The translations under genes were made by a program, and so were the position numbers. Shown piece by piece: positions 9,570 to 19,248 of a stretch of DNA of 64,000 bases; position 1 is the stretch's first letter, and each line of letters opens with the position of its first letter. Location: assembly GCA_963693095.2 (NCBI GenBank), contig OY843768.1, positions 1,664,001 to 1,728,000 on the forward strand. The letters are read 5' to 3'. The stretch comes from Cenarchaeum sp. GTDB taxonomy: Archaea; Thermoproteota; Nitrososphaeria; Nitrososphaerales; Nitrosopumilaceae. Under the pieces are notes generated by a model. The model had not been told where the DNA came from, did not search any database, and saw only the letters and a program-made list of their open reading frames with translations.

Positions 9570-9896
9570 ATGAAGCAGCAAGACCAGTCATTCACAATAC
9601 CCCCCAAACTATTCCACAACTCCCATGTGGCTCACGATATAAAGTTAGGAGTGGCACATTGCGAGGGAACCGAGCTTACCTGCTTGACGCGTCCACAGCT
9701 CACCATCATGTGCAAGCTTCCACTTGACCCAGTTTATGTCGACAAAACCGATGACGCTGAGGTTCTCCATTACCGAGCGGCCGACATGGTTGCAGGCAAG
9801 CTGTACAAGTTTGAATGGGGCGGCGAGCACTTTGCCGCATTAAAGTCAAAGGACGGAGTCGAGATTCTAAAGTTTTATCCTGACGGCAGCAGCTGA
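9570..9896 (+). CDS. Hypothetical protein
   Basis: 108-aa ATG ORF with TTTATTAA ~30 nt upstream. Confidence 0.6.
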   Translation: MKQQDQSFTIPPKLFHNSHVAHDIKLGVAHCEGTELTCLTRPQLTIMCKLPLDPVYVDKTDDAEVLHYRAADMVAGKLYKFEWGGEHFAALKSKDGVEILKFYPDGSS

Positions 9897-10031
9897 CAAG
9901 AGGTGGGGGTTAATCCCAGAGCGGGGCAGCACAATCGAGTCAAAAAAGGCGGGCGCTCATGCTGCCAGCGGGGTGCTGTGCGCCTCCATTCCTCAAAGGA
10001 TTTATTAAGTACATTACGCGTCGCCTGACGC

Positions 10032-10110
10032 AAGGTGTTGCCAGTCTGATGGTCACCCCAGGGGCGGCGGGAGCGGCTGTAGAGCCGCACCGCCGTTCCG
10101 ACTTCTCCAA
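10032..10110 (+). ncRNA. DUF3800-associated structured RNA candidate M1
   Basis: Two-hairpin motif; TTTATTAA at 10001; overlaps the 3' end of DUF3800 gene 1 antisense. Confidence 0.7.
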
Positions 10111-10829
10111 ATAATGGTAAAAGTTCTTTCCTCTCCCCTGACGGACGTTTCCATAGACTGCACCATCTCTAAAAATGCTTTTTCAAAATTTTTGTCGCCG
10201 TTTCTGTACCTCTTTACAACATATGCTATGAGATCAGCTATCTGTATTGGTACACTGTTCTTTGAATCAACATATTCTATTCCAGTCACGTGACTAGTTT
10301 GTATGTTTGATATTGTGCTGTTGCCCTGTTTAGAGTTTGTGAATGCCGCAGCAATTTTTTTCTGATGGCTTTCTGTTACATAGTCTGAAACTATGCGTAC
10401 AGTATCTGCCGTTTCACTAGTGTGCACAAACTGGTCAAGACGCTCAAACAGGATTGTCACGGCATATTCTAGAATCTTATCTCTATTGTGCGCTTTGGAG
10501 CCTTTTTTATTGGACACTAGTACGCAAAAAAGAGTCACATCGTGTTCACGTACAATCGTTAAAGCAGCATTAAAAATGGCGATTCTTTGCATGGTCGTTC
10601 TTACTCGCAGGCCTCGTTTTTGTCGTGGCTTAGATCCACGCATCATGTCTTTCCCATGTAGCTCCCACGAGTCGGGATCGTCTTCTGGAGCCAATCCGCG
10701 CTTGAACTCACGCACCGCACAACTTAATTTTGCAATCGTTGCTGGACTTCCAATAATGCATGCGAGCACAAACTCGTTACTTTTTTCGTCTTTGCCCGCT
10801 TCATCCACGTAGGCTGTCCATTCTACCAT
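10053..10829 (-). CDS. DUF3800 family protein 1 (RNase H-like); optional 36-codon GTG extension to 10937
   Basis: YVDEAG..WELHGKD..IVSD..IEYVDS..IQIADLIAY. Confidence 0.85.
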   Translation of the reverse strand: MVEWTAYVDEAGKDEKSNEFVLACIIGSPATIAKLSCAVREFKRGLAPEDDPDSWELHGKDMMRGSKPRQKRGLRVRTTMQRIAIFNAALTIVREHDVTLFCVLVSNKKGSKAHNRDKILEYAVTILFERLDQFVHTSETADTVRIVSDYVTESHQKKIAAAFTNSKQGNSTISNIQTSHVTGIEYVDSKNSVPIQIADLIAYVVKRYRNGDKNFEKAFLEMVQSMETSVRGEERTFTIIWRSRNGGAALQPLPPPLG

Positions 10830-11178
10830 GTGAGGCACCTTGCCCCGACATACAGCAGGCTCATCGTTGTTGGATCGGCGCGTTGATCGCCTGCGATCAT
10901 GATCGCACGTATTGATCCCGTCATCTGCAATTGACACTCCTGTATGCTTTTGTCATGATCCCACAACAATTATTTACAAAGCGGATCCGTTGTGTTGACA
11001 ATGATCGCAGGGTGTCAGCGCTTCAACTGCGATCTAGTCCCGTCAGGCCCTAACAGTCGAGCACGTGCCAGAACCGGCTCAGGGCAATGCGTGGTCGAGC
11101 ACGTCCAAGAGAGACCCACATGATTACGCACCAAACCTGGCGATATGTTTACAAGGATCCCGCCTGGCAGCCTGACTC

Positions 11179-11257
11179 AAGGTGAAAAGCCGGTCTGAGT
11201 GCCACCCCAGGGGCGGCGGCGGCGGCCATATGGCTGCACCGCCGTCCCGCTTTTAAG
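11179..11257 (+). ncRNA. DUF3800-associated structured RNA candidate M2 (no intact cognate gene)
   Basis: Same fold; TTTACAAG at 11148. Confidence 0.65.
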
Positions 11258-11356
11258 ATATGACAAGGGTGCCAGAACCGGCTTTGGGGCAACACACAGC
11301 TGAGCGCATCCACGAGAGACCCCTTTCGGGATATCCATTCGTGGAAAGCCTGGCAC

Positions 11357-11457
11357 GTATGAGGCCAGCACCACCACGCCCCTTTTGGTCAAATAGGCGC
11401 GATCTTGCCGTGGCACCTGGGCCCAAACATATGCGTGCGGCAGTGTTGGCCCCATGC
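11357..11457. mobile_element. MITE copy 4 (degenerate)
   Basis: GTATGAGGCCAGCACC...TTTGGTCAAATAGGCGCGATC...GTGTTGGCCCCATGC. Confidence 0.65.
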
Positions 11458-11510
11458 ACCCCCCGCGCGGCAACAAGTTATATGGCAATGCAGGCGGCCT
11501 CTGCGCGCAG

Positions 11511-12233
11511 ATGAGGCGCTTTACGCAGGCAGAGGCCAGGGAGATAGGCGACGGCCTAGACACGCCAGAGGCGACCCTAGAGTGGGCACTCGGCGAGCTC
11601 CACCCAAGGATAGCAAAGGCGTCTAGCCTCGGGGCCGAGGACTCGGTCATAATACACATGATGGCCGCCATCAGAAAGGACGCGCGCCTCATCACGCTTG
11701 ACACGGGCCGGCTCAACGCCGAGACGTATGCGGTCATGGAGACCATGAAGGAGAGGTATGGCGTGCGCTTTGAGGTCGTCTGCCCCGAGGCAGCCGAGGT
11801 CTCCGAGATGGTCAACGAGCACGGAGTAAACCTCTTTTACAAGAGCGTCGAGAACCGCATCATGTGCTGCGGCGTGCGAAAGGTAAACCCGCTAAGGCGG
11901 GCCCTCGCCGGACTCGACGCGTGGATAACGGGGGTTCGCTCCGATCAGACCGAGAACCGGCGCGATGCGGGCCGCATAGAGGTCGATGAGAGCCACGGCG
12001 GGATACTAAAGGTAAACCCGCTCGTGTCGTGGACGTGGGATGACGTCTGGTCCTATATCAAAAAGAATGACATTCCGTATCACCCGCTACTTGACAGCGG
12101 ATACAAGAGCATCGGTTGCGCGCCGTGCACGCGCGCGGTTCGCGACGGCGAGGGCCTGCGCGACGGACGATGGTGGTGGGAGGGCCAGTCCGGCAGCAAG
12201 GAGTGCGGCCTCCACGTGGAGCGTGGCGCATAG
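11511..12233 (+). CDS. cysH: Phosphoadenylyl-/adenylyl-sulfate reductase
   Basis: [37 protein letters not shown]. Confidence 0.93.
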   Translation: MRRFTQAEAREIGDGLDTPEATLEWALGELHPRIAKASSLGAEDSVIIHMMAAIRKDARLITLDTGRLNAETYAVMETMKERYGVRFEVVCPEAAEVSEMVNEHGVNLFYKSVENRIMCCGVRKVNPLRRALAGLDAWITGVRSDQTENRRDAGRIEVDESHGGILKVNPLVSWTWDDVWSYIKKNDIPYHPLLDSGYKSIGCAPCTRAVRDGEGLRDGRWWWEGQSGSKECGLHVERGA

Positions 12234-12235
12234 CC

Positions 12236-13363
12236 ATGGCAATAAAGCCACACGGCGGCAAGCTCGTCAACTGTGTCTCCTCCGAGTCAGCGCCAGACGG
12301 ACTCGCCGAGCTCGAGGTGCGGGCCGGCGCGATGAGTGACATTGAGAATATCGCCGACGGGATATTCAGTCCCCTAGAGGGCTTTCTCGGCGAGGCAGAC
12401 CTGGCCGCCGTCATCAAGGACGGCAGGCTAGCTGACGGAACCGCCTGGACGATTCCCATACTCCTTGACGTCAGCGCAGATGACGCAAGGGCCGCACTCG
12501 ATGCCGGCGAGGTCCTGCTGCGCGAGGGCGAGGGCAGGGCAGTGATGCAGATAGAAGAGTCCCATACGCTTGATCGCGGCGCGCTTGCGCGCGGGATATA
12601 CGGGACAGAGGATGCGGCCCACCCCGGAGTGGCGAGCACGGCGGCGATGCGCGAGACGCTCCTTGGGGGCAAGATACGCCTCATCAGGCGGCCGGCGGAC
12701 TCGACTCTGAGGCGGCAAAGGATGACTCCCGTGCAGACGCGCGAGGCCTTTGAGGCCGCCGGCTGGAAGGAGATCGTCGCGTTTCAGACGCGCAACCCGC
12801 CGCACGTCGCCCACGAGATGCTCCAAAAGGCAGCACTAGCCACGCGCGACGGCGTGTTTGTCAACCCGCTCGTGGGCAAGAAAAAGTCCGGCGACTTTGC
12901 CGATGATGTCATCATAGGCGCATACGAGGAGATGATTCGCGCATACTATCCGGAGAACCGCTGTGTCCTAGGCACGCTCCACACGGAGATGAGGTATGCC
13001 GGCCCAAAGGAGGCCATACACCACGCGATAATGCGCCAGAACTATGGCTGCACGCAGATCATTATCGGCCGTGACCACGCCGGTGTCGGCAAGTACTATG
13101 AGCCCTTTGCGGCACACGAGATATTTGGCTCGTACGGCGACCTCGACATAGAGCCCGTCTTTTTCCCGGCCGTCTTTTACTGCAGCTCGTGCCTTGCGTT
13201 CTCTACGGCAAAGGGGTGCCCGCACGGTCCGGAGAGCCGACTCAACGTGTCTGGCACGGCGCTGCGCGAGATGTTCCAGGCCGGCAAGACGCCAAGCGAG
13301 TACACGATGCGCCCAGAGGTAACGCGCCTCATAGAGGGCCACGCCTCGCCGTTTGTGGAGTGA
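12236..13363 (+). CDS. sat: Sulfate adenylyltransferase
   Basis: [31 protein letters not shown]. Confidence 0.95.
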   Translation: MAIKPHGGKLVNCVSSESAPDGLAELEVRAGAMSDIENIADGIFSPLEGFLGEADLAAVIKDGRLADGTAWTIPILLDVSADDARAALDAGEVLLREGEGRAVMQIEESHTLDRGALARGIYGTEDAAHPGVASTAAMRETLLGGKIRLIRRPADSTLRRQRMTPVQTREAFEAAGWKEIVAFQTRNPPHVAHEMLQKAALATRDGVFVNPLVGKKKSGDFADDVIIGAYEEMIRAYYPENRCVLGTLHTEMRYAGPKEAIHHAIMRQNYGCTQIIIGRDHAGVGKYYEPFAAHEIFGSYGDLDIEPVFFPAVFYCSSCLAFSTAKGCPHGPESRLNVSGTALREMFQAGKTPSEYTMRPEVTRLIEGHASPFVE

Positions 13364-13366
13364 GCC

Positions 13367-14032
13367 ATGAGGGCAGCACTCGCGCTCGTGGCCCTGGCAA
13401 CAGTCACGCTTGGCGCACACGCGCAAGAGGAGATAAACCCGTCACTTGGCATAGTCGACGTAGAGGTTGGCGCGGCTGACTTTAACGTCGTCGCGCGCGA
13501 TGCCGCAGTGAACGGACTTGATGCGGTACATGACACGAGCTGGCAGGTGACCATCCGCAACGGCCTAGAGTATGTCGAGGGAGGCAAGGGAGCGGTCCTG
13601 CGCCTCCATGACGCCGAGGAGGAGGGCAAGTTCATCGAGGTCGGCATGGGTCCGCCGCCAGACAGGATGTTCTGGGCCGCAGTCAGCCTGCCTAGTGCCG
13701 AGGGGTACGTGCCGGTCCACTCGATGGCCGAGCGCGGGTGGTCCCCGTCATCGGCAGTCATCGTCGCGTACACGGATCGCGCCGGGATGACGATAAACAA
13801 CGGCCAGAGGATCGTCGTCTCAAACCTTGATGTCGGCGAGTTTGCGATATCGTCGTGGTCGGCCCACGCAGTAGAGTCGTACCTTGATGGGCCCTCAGTG
13901 GCGTCTGGCACGTACTCTTTTGAGATACTCTCCGGAGATCCCGCCGAGAACGCGTTTCACCTATTTCCGTTCTATGTCACAGCAGCCGTGGGCGCGCTGG
14001 CAGGGCTCCTCTTTTTGACAAAGCGCCGCTGA
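13367..14032 (+). CDS. Exported membrane-anchored hypothetical protein
   Basis: Signal peptide; C-terminal TM helix followed by KRR. Confidence 0.75.
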   Translation: MRAALALVALATVTLGAHAQEEINPSLGIVDVEVGAADFNVVARDAAVNGLDAVHDTSWQVTIRNGLEYVEGGKGAVLRLHDAEEEGKFIEVGMGPPPDRMFWAAVSLPSAEGYVPVHSMAERGWSPSSAVIVAYTDRAGMTINNGQRIVVSNLDVGEFAISSWSAHAVESYLDGPSVASGTYSFEILSGDPAENAFHLFPFYVTAAVGALAGLLFLTKRR

Positions 14033-14040
14033 GACGTGCG

Positions 14041-14739
14041 CTATTTGGCCCGCTTACGCACCGGTGCCCCGCGAGTTATACTGCGATAGTATGCGCAGTG
14101 CCGGCGTATCTTGCATACGTCGCACATTGGCGATATGGGCTTGCAGATGTTCTGCCCATACATGACAAACGTGTCGTTTATCTCTAGCCAGTATCGCCGC
14201 GGAATCGCCTCGGTGAGCGCAGTCTCAGTCTCCTCGGGCGTCTTTGTGCTTGCGATGCCAAGGCGGTTTGATATGCGGTGGACATGTATGTCCACGGGTA
14301 TGGCCGGCTCGTCAAACGCGTAAACTAGGACACAGTTTGCAGTCTTGCGCCCAACGCCGGGAAGCTCTAGGAGCGCGTCGAGGCGTTTTGGGACGCGGCC
14401 ACCATGGCGCGAGGAGATGATCCTTGCCACGTCGATTATGCGGCGCGCCTTTACGCGATAGAATCCAATCGAGTGGATTATGCGCTCCACGTCGCGAACC
14501 CTTGCGCCGGCGAGCTCGGTCGGTGTCCTGTACCGCTCAAAGAGGCGGCGCACGACCTTGGCCGTGTTCTCATCCCTTGTGCGCGCCGAGAGGATTGTGC
14601 CGATGAGTATGCTAAACGGGCCAGTCTCGGCCTCGTGGAGCTCGCGCAGCGCAGTCATGCGCGGCGGGCGGACGGCATTCATTGTGGAGCGCATGCCTGT
14701 CAGTATCTCCCTGATCGGCGGGACGCGGCGTGCTGCCAT
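14041..14739 (-). CDS. nth: Endonuclease III
   Basis: ILSARTRD, HhH LPGVGRKTA, VDIHVHR, FeS motif C-x6-C-x2-C-x5-C. Confidence 0.93.
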   Translation of the reverse strand: MAARRVPPIREILTGMRSTMNAVRPPRMTALRELHEAETGPFSILIGTILSARTRDENTAKVVRRLFERYRTPTELAGARVRDVERIIHSIGFYRVKARRIIDVARIISSRHGGRVPKRLDALLELPGVGRKTANCVLVYAFDEPAIPVDIHVHRISNRLGIASTKTPEETETALTEAIPRRYWLEINDTFVMYGQNICKPISPMCDVCKIRRHCAYYRSITRGAPVRKRAK

Positions 14740-14915
14740 GCGCGGCGTGTTAGCGCAGGGGTGTATATACCACGCCGTGGCAAGCCCTGGTGCTCAGCGC
14801 ACATCAGTCACGTCGGCGCAAGCAGTGCAGTTGTGAGCGGGGCAAGCGTATGCGTGGACAAGCCCTCGTGCCGGATAACATTAATATCATAAAAGCGAGC
14901 TTCGCGTGCCGTACA

Positions 14916-15446
14916 ATGGCACTCTTTCTCAAGTCCCATGACATATCGGGGCAAAACCCGTGGTGGGGGGAGTCATACTCTGTGCGCGACGATCCTCGTC
15001 TCGCCGGGTATGTTGGCAACATGGGCCACAAGACCATGTCGTACCTAGTCAGTATACCCCACGCGTGGATGCCAGATGGACCACGGTTCTATAATGTGAC
15101 AGTCTCCTCACACTATGCCGCAGCGCCAATGGCGCTGTTAAAGGTGTTGGATCTCCTAGAGGGCAACGTCAAGCCAATGTGCGTGTTTCACTATGACTTT
15201 GCGCAACACTCAACACGCAAGAGCATACGTGAGGTGATCAAACAGTACGTCTCGAAAAGCAGGCGCGAATGTGGCACTAATCACCGCTACCTGCTTTTGG
15301 AACGCTTTTTGCACATTCCACAATGGAGGAATGAGCTAAGGGAGCTCTTTATTGATGGCGTGTTTGCTGACTGCACGACTGTCACGTTTTGTATTCTAGA
15401 TAATGTGGATCACGAAATGGCAGAATCACGGCCATGGCTGCCCTGA
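14916..15446 (+). CDS. Degenerate AAA_14-like ATPase domain protein (176 aa), paralog of 30729..31259
   Basis: QNPWW..DDPRL; Walker-B-like YLLLERF..W..ELRELFIDGVF; no GKT. Confidence 0.6.
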   Translation: MALFLKSHDISGQNPWWGESYSVRDDPRLAGYVGNMGHKTMSYLVSIPHAWMPDGPRFYNVTVSSHYAAAPMALLKVLDLLEGNVKPMCVFHYDFAQHSTRKSIREVIKQYVSKSRRECGTNHRYLLLERFLHIPQWRNELRELFIDGVFADCTTVTFCILDNVDHEMAESRPWLP

Positions 15447-16014
15447 CGGGAGGATCAGTCGTGGTCATGCGTGTACAATTTGAACTGCTTCGAGTAAAAC
15501 CAAATATAATATGCGCTGTGAATGGGCGCATTAGTGGAGGTTTACCTTGTGCGTTTTTGATGACTCTTATGCTGCTGTCACCCCCAGGAGCATTTGCCCA
15601 GGATCCAAGCATGGACATTGAAAAGATTGTAGAGAAACTTGACCAGCTTGAAGACACGATAGGTGGTGTAGGCACCCACTCAAATTACATGTCAGATTTG
15701 CTCCCGCCCTTAATATCACCAGTATAGAACGCTACGGAATGACGGCGTCCGAAGGCGAGTTAAAAAAACTCCGGACGACATGCCGCTCCTGGGGTTCACT
15801 GTCACCACGTGGGTTCATGGAAGTGTCCATTCCAGTGTCTCCTGACGAGTATGCGCAATCACTTGCTACTGGCGGGGCATTTCACGCAAAAATCAGGCTC
15901 ACCTACACAACGATGGAGAAAGAGAAAATGTCATACATCATACATGTGATCTATTCCAGTGATGCCGTTGATATACGCGGTTCGGCATCCTGGCAGCGCG
16001 GTGGTTCCACCTGA
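15434..16014 (+). pseudogene. Internally deleted, frameshifted paralog of membrane protein 29923..30741
   Basis: AFAQDPSMDIEKIVEKLDQLED then, in another frame, PALNITS..WGSLSPRGFMEV..; central TM region missing. Confidence 0.75.
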
Positions 16015-16269
16015 GCGGCACGGGGACCACGTGGGCATGTTTTTGGCGGCGTAGGTGACCACGCACACAAGCACGGACACCGAGCTACGGCTTGAGGGCA
16101 CAGGCTTCCCATGAATGGATCCCAAGAGGGTGCCGGATCAATATTTTTATTAGCGCGAAGTGCATAGTCGCCTCTTTATTAATAAGAGCTGGGGTTGATG
16201 CGTCGCTCATCGAGTATGCACGGTGCGCGCATGATCGAGTTATTATTGCGGTGGCTCGCGGGGGTGGGC

Positions 16270-16611
16270 ATGGTCTTTGGCAAGAGTAGGCACGTGGGCC
16301 AAGAGTGGGCACGCCTTCAGGAGGTCGAGGCAAAGCACGGCAAGGAGAGCCGCGAATACTCAAAGGCGCTCTCGCGATGGATAAGGTGCCTCAAGGCCGA
16401 GGCGGCCGTGGCCACAAAGCGCGCATACATCGCAATGGAGGGGATGCGCGCAGCCGGCGCGAGGGTCAGCAGGGCCAAGACGCTCCACGGGGCGGGCAGC
16501 AAAGAGTACGAAAGGGCAGTCGCCGAGTTCAAGGAGGCCGAGGAGCGGACTGCAGAGGCCATGCGCGCACTAGAGCCGATCCAGCGTGCGGCCCTCTCGA
16601 TCGACATATAG
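16270..16611 (+). CDS. Small coiled-coil protein with two HGxxSxEY repeats
   Basis: KHGKESREY, LHGAGSKEY; paralog of the next gene. Confidence 0.7.
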   Translation: MVFGKSRHVGQEWARLQEVEAKHGKESREYSKALSRWIRCLKAEAAVATKRAYIAMEGMRAAGARVSRAKTLHGAGSKEYERAVAEFKEAEERTAEAMRALEPIQRAALSIDI

Positions 16612-16737
16612 GCCGATCCGCCAACTTTTTTATTGATCCACGCGCGGCGCGTGGGCATGGATCCGTTTGGGAGTCGCGGCCTCGGGGCGATCAGGGATCG
16701 CCTCCACCTGCGCCGCAAGGAGGTTCCAGACACGAAC

Positions 16738-17094
16738 GTGTTTGGCAGGGGCGGCAGCGGCAAGAAGGAGTGGGCCGAGCTCTGCAGGGCGCGAGCCACC
16801 TATGGCGAGCAGAGTCCCGAGTACACGCGCGCCGGAACCGCATGGGTCGCGTTCCTCGGCGCCGAGACGCGCGTTCTAGGTGCCGAGACGCTCAAGGTCG
16901 AGCGCGAGAGCGAGGAGCTGCAGGCCAAGGTCATGAAGATAATCGAAAAGTACGGGAGAAACAGCCCCGAGTTCACCGAGGTCCTAAAGGAGATCGAGGA
17001 GATGGGCGTAAAGATCGCAAAGGTGACCAAGAGGCTAAAGGCCCTGCGGGCCGCAACAAGCTCGTATTTTGCAAGCCTGCCCAAATCGTTATAA
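16738..17094 (+). CDS. Small coiled-coil protein with two YGxxSPE(Y/F) repeats
   Basis: TYGEQSPEY, KYGRNSPEF; start approximate (GTG aligned to the paralog). Confidence 0.7.
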   Translation: MFGRGGSGKKEWAELCRARATYGEQSPEYTRAGTAWVAFLGAETRVLGAETLKVERESEELQAKVMKIIEKYGRNSPEFTEVLKEIEEMGVKIAKVTKRLKALRAATSSYFASLPKSL

Positions 17095-17117
17095 CCGCAC
17101 CGGCTCTGCGCGCGAAC

Positions 17118-18278
17118 ATGGAGCTCTCCAGAGAGGAGGAGGCCGCACTCGACGGCAAGCGTGGCGAGTCCATGGAGATGGCGTACCGTGTCCTTGCCGC
17201 AACGGGCGAGGCGATGAACGCAAGCAGGCTAGGTGACGTTTCGTGGGTTCACCTCTCTGGCGTCAACTATAACACGATCGGCGATGCCGGCGAGCGCTTT
17301 CTAGCCGATATCGCAGCAGGCGGCGCGCGCGTGGCGACCAGGGCGACGCTCAACCCGATGGGGTATGACGCCGGCGCGCCCCATGCGCTAGACGCCAACT
17401 TTGTCAAAAAGCAGCAGAGCATCGCCGGCTCGTATGCTAGCATGGGGGTAAACATGTCGTTCTCTTGCATTCCATACGAGATATTCGCCGGAACCGAGAT
17501 CGCCCCGCCGAGGGGCAGCCGCGTCGCCTTTGCCGAGAGCAACGCGGCGATACACGCAAACTCCGTTGACGGCCTCCACACAAACAAGGAGAGCGCGTTT
17601 GGCGCACTCGCTAGCGCACTGACCGGCAAGGCCCCGATCGCCGGCGACGAGGATGCCGCCGACATCCCGACAGTCAGGCTTGATGTGGCTGACCCAAGCG
17701 ACCTCGACTATGGCCTCCTCGGCTACTTTGCCGGCCGAGTCGCGCCCCGGACGGTAAACCTCGCCGGAGCCGCAGGACCGATGGACCGGCGCAGGTGCAA
17801 GTCGCTGTGCGCCGGAATGGGGACATCAGGCACGTGCAGCCGCTTTACGCTAGATGAGGCCCCTGCCGGCGAGCGCGTCGACTTTGGGGACGCCGAGCGG
17901 GCAGCAATCCACGACGAGCTCTCCACTGCAGAGACAGGGGACATGGTGGCCCTCGGCAGCCCGCAGCTTGGGGCCGGCGAGCTAGCAGACCTTGCGGCCA
18001 TGCTAAAGGGCAGGTCGTTCCAAAAGAGGTGCATTGTGTTTTGTGCGCGCGCCTCGCGCGAGGCCGCCGAGCGCGCAGGCCACGCCGCCGAGCTCCGGCG
18101 CGCCGGATGCGAGCTCCTCGCGGACTGTTGCGCATGCCTCACGCCCCTAATCAGCGGTGATGAGGTCGATGCGGTCACGACTAGCAGCGTAAAGGGCGCA
18201 TACTATTTGTCGCGATCCAACGGTGTCGGCGTCGATCTCCGGCCGATCGCCGAGATCGTCGAGCGTGAGGCCCGATGA
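17118..18278 (+). CDS. Aconitase X large subunit (DUF521; archaeal phosphomevalonate dehydratase-like)
   Basis: MELSREEE..HLSGVNY..TLNP..SCIPY..AESNA..LGSPQ..DCCAC. Confidence 0.88.
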   Translation: MELSREEEAALDGKRGESMEMAYRVLAATGEAMNASRLGDVSWVHLSGVNYNTIGDAGERFLADIAAGGARVATRATLNPMGYDAGAPHALDANFVKKQQSIAGSYASMGVNMSFSCIPYEIFAGTEIAPPRGSRVAFAESNAAIHANSVDGLHTNKESAFGALASALTGKAPIAGDEDAADIPTVRLDVADPSDLDYGLLGYFAGRVAPRTVNLAGAAGPMDRRRCKSLCAGMGTSGTCSRFTLDEAPAGERVDFGDAERAAIHDELSTAETGDMVALGSPQLGAGELADLAAMLKGRSFQKRCIVFCARASREAAERAGHAAELRRAGCELLADCCACLTPLISGDEVDAVTTSSVKGAYYLSRSNGVGVDLRPIAEIVEREAR

Positions 18279-18664
18279 GCCCAAAGACCATCGTGGCCGG
18301 AAGGGCGTCAGGAACCGTCCTAAAGTCCTCGCGCGCGATCAACTTTCTTGGAATGGTCGACGCAGTCAGCGGCACGATAACTGACGCGTCGCACGATCTC
18401 TGCGGCAAGAGCCTGCGCGGGACCATACTCGCGTTTCCGCACGGCATAGGCAGCAGCGTTGGCGCATACACCGTGTACGCGCTAAAGGCCAACGGCGTGG
18501 CACCCGCGGCGATGGTCTGCACACGGCCAGACGCGAGTGTCGTGTCAGGGTGCGCAATAGCCGGAATTCCGCTCATGCTAGTCGACGAGGAGGCATACGC
18601 GCGCATGCGAGGCGGCGACATTTGGGCCATTGACACAGTCGCGCAGACTATCGAGCCGGCCTAG
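18275..18664 (+). CDS. Aconitase X small (swivel) subunit (DUF126)
   Basis: INFLGMVD..HDLCG..FPHGIGSSVG. Confidence 0.9.
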   Translation: MSPKTIVAGRASGTVLKSSRAINFLGMVDAVSGTITDASHDLCGKSLRGTILAFPHGIGSSVGAYTVYALKANGVAPAAMVCTRPDASVVSGCAIAGIPLMLVDEEAYARMRGGDIWAIDTVAQTIEPA

Positions 18665-19248
18665 GCCCGCACCGCAGGCGCGCAGGGCGACTCTTCACGA
18701 AATACCGTTGCGGCAAACCACTGAACCTCGGTGCCCACATCACGCCAAGAGTCCGGCCCGAGGCCGGCCTTTTCGCACGCTCGCCCAAGGAACTCTTCTG
18801 AATCCCACGATAGCTCGGCGGGGACCTGCGGGAGGAGGAGTCCAGAGTGCCCGCCGCGCGTCACCATGAGGCCGTCGCGGCCGATCCTTATGGCAGACGG
18901 GTACGCCGAGCGCTCGCCGGGAATCGCCTCGGGCGCAGAGAGCACGCTGACCTCAAAGGTCAGCGATCGCAGCTCCTCGGCCCTGACGGGCTCAAAGCGC
19001 AGGTCAGTCGTGGCAGCCGCAATGGCCGCCTCGAGGAGTGACTCGCGCAGCTCGCCGTGCGCAATGGGAAACCCAATGCAGCCGCGCAGTCCGGCGGCGT
19101 CACCTATTGTGACAAAGACGCCGAGGCGTCCGGACGGCACGTCTGGCGGGGCGCCACGGACACTGGCGCCCAGATGCTCCTCGACTGCGCGACGTGCGGC
19201 GGCCACGAGTGCGGCGCCCTCGGCATCGCCAAGCTCAGGCGCCCGCAT
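18661..19248 (-). CDS. AMMECR1-domain protein
   Basis: GVFVTI..LRGCIG..DLRF..EVSVLS..GLLLPQV..CEKAG. Confidence 0.92.
   Translation of the reverse strand: MRAPELGDAEGAALVAAARRAVEEHLGASVRGAPPDVPSGRLGVFVTIGDAAGLRGCIGFPIAHGELRESLLEAAIAAATTDLRFEPVRAEELRSLTFEVSVLSAPEAIPGERSAYPSAIRIGRDGLMVTRGGHSGLLLPQVPAELSWDSEEFLGRACEKAGLGPDSWRDVGTEVQWFAATVFREESPCAPAVRA

Noticed and set aside
10040-10105. Pseudoknot between the 5' loop (AGTC) and 3' tail (GACT) of the DUF3800 RNA
   Set aside because: Fits M1 and M5 but not consistently M2-M4
16305-17117. 657-aa ORF as an aconitase X fusion
   Set aside because: The Arg/Gly-rich extension is an off-frame reading of two small genes; AcnX similarity begins at 17118
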